A stretch of DNA of 64,000 nucleotides from an uncultured Isosphaeraceae bacterium (GTDB taxonomy: Bacteria > Planctomycetota > Planctomycetia > Isosphaerales > Isosphaeraceae): positions 24,781-88,780 of the forward strand of contig CAWJGW010000064.1 in assembly GCA_963842405.1 (NCBI GenBank), written 5' to 3'. This document shows, piece by piece, positions 54,630 through 64,000 of the stretch (position 1 is its first letter; every line of letters begins with the position of its first letter). The notes below the pieces were generated by a model. That model saw only the letters and a list, made by a program, of their open reading frames with translations. It was not told the origin of the DNA and ran no database searches. The position numbers and the translations under genes were made by a program.

Positions 54630-57472
54630 CTACTTCGGGCCCTCCGCCGATTGCTTCTCCATCTCCTTGAGCAGGTCCTGGAAGTCGGTCCGGCTGCGGA
54701 TCGCGTCGAGGTCGGTGTCGGACGCGAGGACCTCCTGCTTGAGGAAGCCGCCCCGGATGGCTCGGCGAAGGAGCTGTATGGCCCGGTCGCCGTACTTCTC
54801 GCGGCGGAACCGATCGCCCTTGCTCACCTTATCGGCGTCGAGGGTGCCCTGGGTCCCGTTCTTGGCGCCCATCAAGGGGATGCAGAGCGCTATGTTGCTC
54901 GCCAGGTTGTAGCTGTTGCGCGGGTCGAGCTCGGGCAGGCTCTCGTAGAGGTCGACGGCGCGCTGGAACGATCGCAGGGCCTCGACCGGCTCGCCCGACT
55001 GCTGGTGTACCCGGCCGATGTTGTTGTTCGCCTTGGCCAGGTCGATGCGCGAGTAGACGTCCTTGGGATGCTCGGAGACCAGCCGCTCGAGCAGGACCCG
55101 GGCTTTCTGGGCGAAGGCCAGCGACTCGGCCGGCTCGAGCCGACGCCGGTGGAGATCGCTGAGCAGGTTGTACGTGCTGGCCACGCTGCCCTGGTAGTTG
55201 AGGACGCCGGGATACTGCCGGTCGAGCCGCTCCAGGACCTCAATGGCCCGGCGGAGGCTCTTCAAGGCCGAGTCGAGCTTGCCGGCCATCTGCTGGACAA
55301 CGTTCAAGTCGCCCAGTTCCATCGCCAGGAGATAAGCCTGATCGGCCAGCTCGGGGCGCTCGCGGGTGACTTCCTCGCGAAGCTCGACGGCTGCCTGATA
55401 GGACTCCAGCGCCGGCTCCGGCTCATCGGGCTGCGACATCAGGGCCTGACCCAGGAGACCATGGGTCCTGGCCATGGAGATGCGTGGTTCGAGGGCTTTG
55501 GGATCTTGGGCGGCCCGTTGCGCCTCGATCGCCAGCACTTTCTGGAGGGTCTCGATCGACCTGAGGGGCTGACCTTGCTCCAACTGGATCTGTCCGATGT
55601 TCTGAAGGACCAGGCTCAGCTCGTGACGTTGCGAGACCGACGAGGGATCGGCGGCGATCAAGGGCTCGAGCAGGCCCTCGGCCCGTCGGAAGGTGCGGAG
55701 GGCCTCGTCGCGACGGCCCTCCAGCCGCATGAGCAGCACGCCCAGATCGTTGAGGGTGCGAGCCAGCGCTTCTGGATAAGCCGGGTTGCCGGGCTGGGCC
55801 GCGACCAGGCCTTCCCAGAGCGCGACGGCCTGCTGGAACTGGGGGACGGCCCGGGCCGGCGAGCCGATCTCCCCGGTGATCCTGGCGGTGCGAGCGCGGG
55901 CAGCGGCCAGATCGGCGCAGAGCGCGGGGTCGCCGTCGCGACGATCGAGGAATTCCTCGTAGAACCGCTGCGCATCCTGGAGCAGGGTCTTGCGGAGCGG
56001 ATCGAGCCCCGGCTGGTTGAGCCGGCGATCCTCGCTGACGCGCGTGAAGAACTGGTCGACCGCCCGGCGCGCCTGTCGCGAAGACTCCTCGGCGCGATCG
56101 CGATCGCGGCGGGCCAGGACCAGGCCCGTCGTGGTGCCGGCGATGCCCGCCACCATCGCCAGGAGCAGGACGATTCCGGCGGCGACCGCCGCCGGATGCC
56201 GCCGCGCGAACTTCGCCGCTCGATAGCCCGGCGAGTCGCGGTGCGCCCGCACCGGCAGGCCCTCCAGGTAGCGATGCAGGTCGTCGGCGAACTGCTCGGC
56301 CGAGGCATACCGACGCACCGGCTCTTTGCGCAACGCCATCAGCACGATCGCGTCCAGATCGCCGGCCAGGATCCGCTTGAGCCCGACCGGGGAAACGCCC
56401 GGGCCGCGGCGATCTCCTCGGGGGTGGGGGCCGGCGGCGGCGCGGGCAGTGAAACAGGCGACGGCTCGGATGGCGGCCCCGACGGCATCGGCGCGGACGA
56501 GCCCGGCGCGGAACCGGCCGTCGCACGACCGCCGCGCTGGGTCTTTCGGGCACTTGCTCGCAGATGGCCTGGAAGACCTCCGATGTCGTCCGGTCCTTGA
56601 GCCGATAGGGCCGAAGGCCCGTCAGGAGCTGGTAGAGCACGACCCCCAGCGCGTAGACGTCGCTGGCCGTCGTGACCGGCTCCCCATTGATCTGCTCGGG
56701 GCTGGCGTACTCCGGGGTCAAGACCCGCTCGCCGCGATCGGGATGGATCAGCCTGGCGATCCCGAAGTCGATGAGCTTGGGTACTCCGTCCGAGGTGACC
56801 AGGATATTGCTCGGCTCCAGGTCGCGGTGGATCACCGCGTGCTGGTGCGGCGAAATGGACCGCGCCACAGACCTTGTCGAAGAGGCCCAGCCGCGCGGGG
56901 AGATCCAGCCGGCGGCCGTCGCAATACGCGTCGATCCGCTGGCCGTCAACGTACTCCATCACGAGGAATGGCCGGCCGTCCTCGGTCGTGGCGGCGTCGA
57001 GCAACCCGACGATGTTCGGGTGCTTGCCCAGCGCGGCCTGGACGTGGATCTCGTTGTGGAACCGCCGCACGATCGCGTCGCTATCCATCCCGCGCTGGAT
57101 CAGCTTGACGGCGACCTCTTGCCGGAAGTCCTCGACCCGGGCGGCTCGATAGACGGTCCCCATGCCCCCGCCGCCGATCCGCGCCAAGAGCTCATAAGGG
57201 CCGATCCGGCGCCCGACCATCGGGTCGGCCTCGCCCGGTGCGATCGGCGCCGACTCCGAGGAATCATCCCCCTCGGACCCAAAAGTCATGGTCCGGTCGT
57301 CGTCGGCCGGAGGGCTCGCCGCGGCCGTGACGGCCTCTAGGGCAATCGACTCGACCAGATCGAAGGCCGCCGCGGTGGTCGTTTCCGTCCCGGCGGTGCC
57401 GGTGTCGGCCGCGACGGTCGCGGCCACCGTCGGGTCATCATCCGGGTTGACCCGGGAAGGATCGGCATTCAT
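54630..57472 (-). CDS. Ser/Thr kinase - TM helix - TPR repeat protein, frame-disrupted
   Basis: ORF 56339..57472 has [20 protein letters not shown] and AVKLI. The frame of ORF 55423..56949 has [18 protein letters not shown] and EYASPEQ. ORF 54630..56345 has a TM helix ([19 protein letters not shown]) followed by about 10 TPR-like repeats. Confidence 0.8.
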
Positions 57473-57742
57473 TGTTGGCTGAGACCCCTCCGCACCGCGC
57501 GCCGAGTTCGCGAGGATGGGGCCTCAATCGACCGAACACTCGGCCTACTTCGCCTTACAACGAGCCCATCGCTCGATTCCTCATTATACGCGAAACCGGT
57601 GCCGAGTGATCCAGGACCCTCGATTAGAGAAGCAGAGGCGATGAGATCACTCGGTCGGGATGGGAACAAAGGCCATCGCGACCCAATGGATCGTTTTCAT
57701 GGCTGTGCCTTCTTGCCCCGGATCAGGCGTACCGAACGGCCC

Positions 57743-60593
57743 TCACTGCTGCCCATCCCGCCTGGGTGGGACGATTTTCAAATCTCCCAGGTCCTTGACC
57801 TCACCGGGCGCGACGGTCACGTCGCGGAACAGCTCGCCGTAGAGCCTGGGCTGATCCAGGCCGGACGCCCCATACTTGAGGCCGGGGACCAAACGCTCGG
57901 CCCGGAACCGGCCGTCGCTGCCGAGCCGGACGTCACCGGGCAGGATCCCTTGTTCCGCGGGCCGCTTCGGGAATGAGCCGTCGATGTTCAAGATCTGCAG
58001 TCTCCTGAGCGGCTGGCCCTCGTCGTCGATGATGCGGCCGGTGATCGTCCCCCAGGGCTGGAGCCGGATGGTCAAGGGGCTGGCCTCGTCCCCCTTGAGG
58101 TAAGCCGTGCCGATGAGCTTCCGGCCAACATGGGTGATGATCACGCGCCGGGGCTTCGACGGGTCGAGGGCATGGATCTCGATCGTGGGTGACTCCTGCT
58201 CGTATTCGATTCCATCCGAGAACAGGTCGGTAACGCCCTTCACCTTGGTCCCGCCGATCGGCTTCCCTTCGGGGTCGACGGCGTTCACCGTGAGCGATCG
58301 GCCGGGGTCGAGCTGAAGGTCCAGCGTCGCCGACTCGGCCTTGGGATCGATGTCGATCTCGGTCAGGAGGTGGTAGTTGTTGACGAAGCAGTTCAGCGGT
58401 CGCGTGTCGAAGACCATGCGCTGCGGATCATATCCCGGGATCTTCTCGGCACCGACGCGCCCCCGGTATCGGCGCATCTCGGAGCGGCAGGCGATGATGT
58501 TGCGGCCCGGCAGGCCGACGACTTCATAGCGGCCATCGTCCTTGATGGAGATGTAGGCTATGTTGTTAAAGACATCATACCCGGGGAACTCCTTGATCGC
58601 GGGGTTGTCGCGGAAGGTAAAGGCGTGGACGAATCCCGGCGCCGGGCTGGCCGGTCGCCTTGTCGGTGACCCGGCCGCGAATCAGGACGCCTCGCTTCAA
58701 CGCGATGTCGAACGTGACGGGCTCGAACGCGGGCGAGCCGGCCGGCACCCGGAAAGACACCCTGGGATAAGGCTTTCCCTCTGCCTGCTCGACGGCCAGT
58801 TGATAGGCAGGCGCCTTGGGCAGTCCGATGAGGCGATAGCGGCCCTGGGCATCGGTCGTCGCCTCGATGCCATCCGACGGGCCGGCGGACCGTGGGTCGT
58901 AGACCGCGGCGTGGAGCGTCAACCCGGCGATGGGCTGGCCGGTGTCCTTGTCGCGGACGATCCCCTCGACGGGTTTGGTCGGTGCCACGGCGTGTTCGAA
59001 ACGACGGGCATGGATGATCAGCGGCGTGGACTTGCCCATCTCCTGGCTGATTAGCCGGACCTCAGCCCCGTCGCGGTTCATGGCATAGACCTCGGTCGTG
59101 GCGATCGTCGGGCCCGAGATCGAGAGCTCGGCGATCCGTTCACGGCCGATCCCGGTCAATTGGAAACGGCCCGTCGGGGCCGGTCGTCGTGGTCGGCGAC
59201 GCTTATCGGCAACTGGTCGAGGCCATCCCCAGGCCCCGGACGCGTTGCTCCTTGGCCTGGGTGAGCCAGGGAGTGAGATCGCCGCCTTCGGCGAAATAGA
59301 GCGCGTGGCCTTGACCTGGGCACCAGCCACAGGCCGGCCCTCCAGGTCGACGATCCGACCCTCGATCGGCGGGCCATCCTCGGCCAGCCGGACCGTCACC
59401 TCGCCCGAGGCGGCGGCCTTGAGGGCACTCCGGGTCCAGCCAGGTCCGAACCCCGGTGCCAGTGGCGACGAGCCAGGGGAACTCGCCGTAGCCATTGAGC
59501 ATGGCATTCGAGTTCCGGACCGATCGCGGGACCTGCATGAGGAACCGGCCATCCGGCCCGCTCGCGGCTTCCGTCCGACTTTCGAGATCGACGTAGCCAT
59601 TCGCAAGGTCGCCCCCGGGACGGGCTTCCCGTCGGGGCCAACGACGCGACCGCGCACCTCGATGCTCGCGCCCGGGCGCGGCTGCGGCGCCTTGGCGGCG
59701 GCGGCCTTGGCAGCCGGTGGGTTCACCGCGAGCCTGGGCTCATCAGACCGACCCGCTCCGATCGAGAAGACTCCGGCCGACGCGATTCCGACTGCCAGGA
59801 TCACGGCGGCAACGGCGAGCTTGAGCTTTGCCACGAACATGTTTCTGAGAATGATCCGGGTCAAAGCGGCGGCCGCCATCGAGCCGGCCCCGCCCGTCGC
59901 CGCCGCGACCGCCGCCTCAGTCCACGCCGACGGGACCGCCGCGGTTGCCTCGGAAGATGCGATGACGACGCCCAGGGCCGCCCCGGTCACGCCGCGGCGA
60001 GTCAGACGGTCTCGCAGCTGCTCGCGCGCCTTCACCAGCCGGTGACGCAGCGTCGGCTCGGTCCAATCGAGGCGGCGGGCGGCCTGTTCGTAGGTCAAGC
60101 CCTCCAGGTCGCAGAGCACCACCGGCAGCCGCAGGCCCTCCGGCAGCCGGTCGACCTCCTCGTGCACGATCGAGGAGACCTCGGGATCGAGCCCGGGACG
60201 AGCCGCGTCCGCGATCGCCATCGCCGATGCCTCCGCTTCGCGCCTCCGACGTCGCTTCGCCTGAACGCTCGCCTCGACGGCGGCCCGATAGGCCACCCGG
60301 TGCAGCCAGCCGCCCAGGGCGTCGCCGCCTCGGACCGAACCCGCCTTGCGGGCCAGCACCAGGAACGTGGCCTGGAAGGCGTCTTCGACGTCGTGTTCGT
60401 GCCGCAAGACGGCGCGGCAAGTGGCCGCGACCATCGGACCGTGCCGCGCCACCAGGGCGGCGAAAGCCTGGCCGTCGTTCGAGGCGGCATAGCGGGCCAG
60501 GAGCTGGCCGTCAGTCAGGCCGACGGTCGTCCCGCTGCTGAAGAGGTCGCGCAGATGTCGCAAGGTTGTCCCCGATGCCATGACGCTGGCCAT
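57743..60593 (-). CDS. ECF sigma-70 factor fused to a TM helix and carboxypeptidase-regulatory-like (CarboxypepD_reg) repeats, frame-disrupted
   Basis: ORF 58575..60593 has sigma regions 2 and 4 (DVEDAFQATFLVLARKA, LPEGLRLPVVLCDLEGLTYEQAARRL), a TM helix, then repeats of GRVVGPDGKPVPGA / GRIVDLEGRPVAGA. The C-part is ORF 57743..58477. It lies upstream of, and co-directional with, the kinase-TPR gene. Confidence 0.75.
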
Positions 60594-60632
60594 GATTCGA
60601 CTGCCTCCCCGAATGCATCCAGTTTCCGATTT

Positions 60633-60714
60633 GTAGGTCAGGCTTTCCAGCCTGACTCCGATGTCAGTCGGGCTTTCCGGCCTGATTCCTGTCAGGCCGG
60701 AAAGCCTGACCTAC
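60633..60714. repeat. Cluster of three REP-like hairpins (GTCAGGCTTTCCAGCCTGAC type)
   Basis: GTAGGTCAGGCTTTCCAGCCTGAC (60633..60656) has an inverted copy GTCAGGCCGGAAAGCCTGACCTAC (60691..60714). A degenerate copy lies between them. Each unit is a 7-8 bp stem. Confidence 0.7.
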
Positions 60715-60912
60715 TGATTTGCTGGAATAGTGAGGGGCCGGATGACGGCCGCCTCCCAACATTCTCGGAAAACCTCGGGAGGTCAACACAACGAGAAAGG
60801 TGACCGAGAGCCGCAGGGAGATCGCCCGTTTCGGAATGGCACCTGGGGGATGAGCCGATACAATGGATCCGGTAACGATGCGTGAAGGAGCGTGCCCAGG
60901 AGAACACCGGCG

Positions 60913-61233
60913 ATGAATACCGTCCCAGGACAAGGTCTCAGACAGCGACCTGGAAGAACGGCCAGGTCATCCTTGACGGCCCGGCCGACTGGCCCGAGGG
61001 CTGCAAGCTGCGGGTGGCCGCGATCTCCACGCCGGCGGAGCCGATCGGCATTCCGGATGACCAGTGGCCCAGGGACCCCCAGGGCATCGCCGAACTCCTG
61101 AAGCGGATGGACCAGATCGAACCGTTCGACATGACTCCGGCAGAGGAAGTCGGACTGGGTGGCCTGGAGACAGAAGCTCGAAGAGTACGAGCTGGCCAGG
61201 TTCGACAAGCGAATTGAGGGGCTCTTCGAATGA
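60913..61233 (+). CDS. vapB: VapB-like antitoxin (frame-disrupted)
   Basis: ATWKNGQVILDGPADWPEGCKLRVAAI...IAELLKRMDQIEPFDMTPAEE is in ORF 60882..61217. The tail DWVAWRQKLEEYELARFDKRIEGLFE is in another frame. Its stop overlaps the PIN gene ATG (ATGA at 61230..61233). Confidence 0.5.
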
Positions 61234-61638
61234 GTCGCTACTTGCTCGATACCGGCACAGCGAGCGATTACATCAACCGCCGCAACGGGGTATTCGAGCG
61301 AAGTCGCCAGGAGATGGCGCTCGGTCATCAGATCGGAATCGGCACACCCGTTCTGGGTGAGTTGCGCTATGGCGTCGAAGCCAGGCCACCCGAGAGCGAA
61401 ACCTCCGATCACTGACGCGGGCCCTGTCGACCTGGACACTCTGGCCGTTCGACCACATCGCGGCCGAAGAGTATGGTCGCATCGCCGCGACGGCTACGTC
61501 GAATCGGTCGTCCGATGCAATCCGTCGATCTCCAGATTGCCGCCATCGCGCTGTGCCTGGGTAACTGCACCGTCGTCAGCAAGGACAGCGACCTCCGCCG
61601 TGCCGGGGTTGAGCGTCGAGAACTGGGCGATATCCTGA
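61230..61638 (+). CDS. vapC: PIN-domain toxin (VapC-like), frame-disrupted
   Basis: MSRYLLDTGTASDYINRRN...GTPVLGELRYGVE is in ORF 61230..61415. WPFDHIAAEEYGRIAA and RRIGRPMQSVDLQIAAIALCLGNCTVVSKDSDL are in ORF 61473..61667. The end ..VPGLSVENWAIS is in the frame of ORF 61357..61638. Confidence 0.7.
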
Positions 61639-61643
61639 CAGGC

Positions 61644-61767
61644 TGTGAAGAAATCGATTCCGGATGACGAATTACGAATTGCGGATGGAAGTAAAGCCTG
61701 ATTTCAAAGGCATTTCTGAATTCGCAATTCGTAATCTGGAATCTTCCATCGGATTCTTTCACAAGCT
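61644..61767. repeat. Low-GC palindromic element of about 120 bp, copy 2
   Basis: It aligns along its whole length with 37261..37377, with about 10 substitutions and a 5-nt indel. It starts 6 nt after the VapC stop. Confidence 0.8.
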
Positions 61768-61792
61768 CTGAGCCGAGCCTTTACATGCCAGT

Positions 61793-61950
61793 CTACCGCT
61801 TGGGTCTGACGACTTTCCGGTCTCCAGCGTTCTCGACCTCGCCGGGCGGCGACGATCACGTCGCGGAACACGTCACCCTGAAACATGACCCCTTCCGACG
61901 CACTCGCCCCATACTTGAGGCTGGGGACCAGGCCCTCGACGCGGAACTTA
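61793..61950 (-). pseudogene. 3' remnant (about 52 codons) of a paralogue of the sigma-fused CarboxypepD_reg gene, truncated by the Tn3-family end
   Basis: The minus-strand translation ..KFRVEGLVPSLKYGASASEGVMFQGDVFRDVIVA(P)GEVENAGDRKVVRPKR* parallels the C-terminus ..RFRAERLVPGLKYGASGLDQPRLYGELFRDVTVAPGEVKDLGDLKIVP of gene 57743..60593. Similarity stops exactly at 61950. Confidence 0.6.
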
Positions 61951-61987
61951 GGGTACCGCCCAGATTGCTGTAAAAATATCCTTTAAG
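61951..61987 (+). repeat. Terminal inverted repeat of a Tn3-family transposon
   Basis: GGGTACCGCCCAGATTGCTGTAAAAATATCCTTTAAG is 37 nt. It begins GGG(G)TA.CG.CAG and ends TAAG, like the roughly 38-bp IRs of Tn3/Tn21/Tn1546-type elements. It lies 100 nt outside the tnpA stop. Confidence 0.6.
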
Positions 61988-62086
61988 CTCGTTGCCGAGG
62001 CGATATGATTGCACGCAGGCGTGCAAAAGTCGCCCCTGTCTCACAACACATTAAATAGTAAATATTATTAGTGATTATACTGTGTT

Positions 62087-64000
62087 TCAGCGGACCTGGG
62101 CGCGGTCCAAAACGTACTGGCCGTACAGGATCACGTTGTCCCACTCGATGGGGCTCACGTGCTCCAGGAGCGCGACGTCGATCTTTGCTTCGCTCTCCGG
62201 GCTGGCACCATCGCACGACCCGCGAAATCTCCTTCGCCTGCCAGTAGATCACGCAGGCCAGAATGAGCGTGAGGCAGCTACACGAGTTCATTTGCTCGTG
62301 CAATTCGCGGGCGTTGATCCGGCCCCGCCGGCCGTAATACACGTCCCGGGCCAGCGCATGCAGTTGCTCGACCTTCAGCAGGCCCCGACGGATGCGCGAC
62401 CGCAACGGCGGCTCGGACAGGTAGCTCAGCAGGAACTCGGTCTTGAAGATCCGGCCCAGGTCGCGATTGGCCCGGTAGAAGCGGTTCTTGGCGGTGCATG
62501 AGGCAAGCCGTTTGAGCGCCACCGAGGCGGTCGTGTGGCCGCTCTCCAGCGACGCATAGAACTGCCCCATCCGGTCCCACTGCTCGGCGATGACCTGGGG
62601 GTCGATCGTGCGGTCGGCCCGGCTCACCAGACCGGCCAGCGGCCCGTAGTCGCGCTTGGCGTCGAGGCGATAGAGGCGTTGCTTCCCGAGGCTGCGGATG
62701 CGAGGGCAGAACCGCCTCCCCAGCATCGCGAACGCGGCGAAGTTGATCTCCGTGTAGCCGTGGGTGTCGGTGTAGTGCTCCTCCAGCTCCAGGTCGCTCT
62801 CGTTGTAGCAGAGGCCGTCGAGCACGAACGCCGAGTCCCGGTCGGTGCATTCGATCGGCATGCTGTAGAACGGCGCGTAGTTGTCGGCGACGAAGGAATA
62901 GAACTCCAGGGCGAAGTCGCTGAACCGGGTGCTGTAGGTCTGTTGCAGGACCTTGCGGGGCATGGCGAACCGCTGCCCGTCGCTGGCCGAGGTCCGGCCT
63001 TCGCCCCAGTGGAGCGTGGTGTCGAGGCGGGAGATGGCGTGCACCAGCGCCGCCAGGGCGGCGCGCTGCGCCTCCTCGGTCATCTGCCAGTCGCTGACCC
63101 GCTTGAGCTGTTTGTAGGTGACGCCCTGGGTGATCTGGGCCATCGTGTGCAGGCCGATGTTGCAGCCGTGCGCCAGCACGACGGCCAGGAGCGTGCACAC
63201 GTCTTCCGCGTCACGCCCCCCGCGCTGAGCGGGGGCACGAAGTGGTCGGTGAAACGCAGGTCGTTATCGACCTCGATGAGCAGGTCGGGGAGGCGGATCG
63301 TCCGCATGTGTTTGGCCAGCCATTTCTTCAGGTCGCCCAGCCGTGTTTGCGCCGCGGCGTCCAACGTCTCGGCGGCGTCCTTGGACAGGTGCCAGCCGTC
63401 CTCCTCCACCGTGGCGTAGGTGTTGTCGGGCGCCGTCTTGAGGAAGAGGTCGTAGGCCGTGTTCAGCCGCTTCGTCAGATGGTCGCGGACGTTCTTGGGA
63501 TCGGCGGGCAGGCCGGACCGTTGGAAGAAGGACTTCCGGAGCGGCTCCCAGCGCTCCTTCGGGAGGAAATAGTCCGCGAACCGGCCGAACCGCTTGCCGT
63601 GCTTGACCGAGAGGTTGCCTGACCGTAGATCGTCCTGAAGCTTCAGCAGCAAGGCGCACTCCCAGGCTTTCCGATCCGGCTTGCCGTCGGTCACGACCAG
63701 GGGCAAGAGCCGCTTGGGGATGAAGTCCGTGGGGGCGTCCTCGGGGAGCTTCCGCTTCAGGTCGGCGTTCATCTCCTTGAGAACGCGAATGGCTTCCAGG
63801 CAGGGGATCTCGTCGTCGCCGGCGTCCGGGATGAACTCCAGGGCGCGAAGCAAGACCGGCGAGAACTGCCGCAGGTGGCTGAACCGCCGGACGAGGCCGT
63901 GGAACACGTCGCTCTTCTTGCCGGTGACCCACTCGTCCAACCCCGCCACCTGGGCCTCCAAGGTGTCTCGGGGCACGGCGGCGAACAGCCGCGGTCGCAG
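62087..64000 (-). CDS. tnpA: Tn3-family transposase (DDE_Tnp_Tn3), partial (N-terminus outside the window), frame-disrupted
   Basis: ORF 63080..63976 has ..FIPKRLLPLVV..WECALLLKLQDDLRSGNL. ORF 61983..63200 has HGCNIGLHTMAQ, TSASDGQRF, HYTDTHGYTEINFAAFAMLGRRFCPRIR and LILACVIYWQAKEI. The true C-terminus ..IEWDNVILYGQYVLDRAQVR is in another frame, with stop at 62087..62089. Confidence 0.85.

Larger units (their letters stand above)
61951..64000 (-). mobile_element. Tn3-family transposon, one end only (continues beyond the window)
   Basis: An IR at 61951..61987 is followed by the 3' two-thirds of a Tn3-type transposase gene running off the window edge. Confidence 0.75.

Overview
This is a high-GC bacterial chromosomal segment, roughly two-thirds G+C by eye. 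Its gene content points to Planctomycetota, which is an inference since no search was run: DUF1501, DUF4159, DUF4058, a DUF1559/pseudopilin-like helix, a giant glycine-rich secreted protein with an LEGRVLLA-type leader, ECF sigma factors, and five eukaryote-like Ser/Thr kinases fused to WD40, TPR, STAND-NTPase or FGE modules.

The window is an accessory region rich in mobile elements:
- an IS91-family element with an integrase (0.9-2.8 kb);
- an alpha-2-macroglobulin gene split by an IS66-family element (3.2-9.4 kb);
- an ISL3-like element abutting a 1.2-kb segmental duplication of a WD40 gene (34.5-37.3 kb);
- two kinds of palindromic MITE/REP-like repeats;
- a VapBC module;
- the end of a Tn3-family transposon (61.95 kb to the window end).

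The most interesting locus is a tightly packed, visibly lower-GC four-gene operon at 44.8-54.5 kb. It encodes a ~1450-aa nuclease-like/N6-adenine methyltransferase/TRD protein, an ABC-type ATPase, a DUF4435/TOPRIM protein (a PARIS/AbiL/RloAB-like pair) and a PLD-SNF2 helicase. A kinase carrying an uncharacterised DHH-motif domain flanks it divergently. The cassette shares parts with type IIG/type I RM, BREX and DISARM but lacks the hallmark partners of each.

Almost every long gene shows frame disruptions, some clearly at homopolymers. Most coordinates are therefore for reconstructed genes with approximate joins. Whether the disruptions are assembly indels or real decay cannot be decided from the sequence alone. 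No rRNA, tRNA or CRISPR array was recognised.
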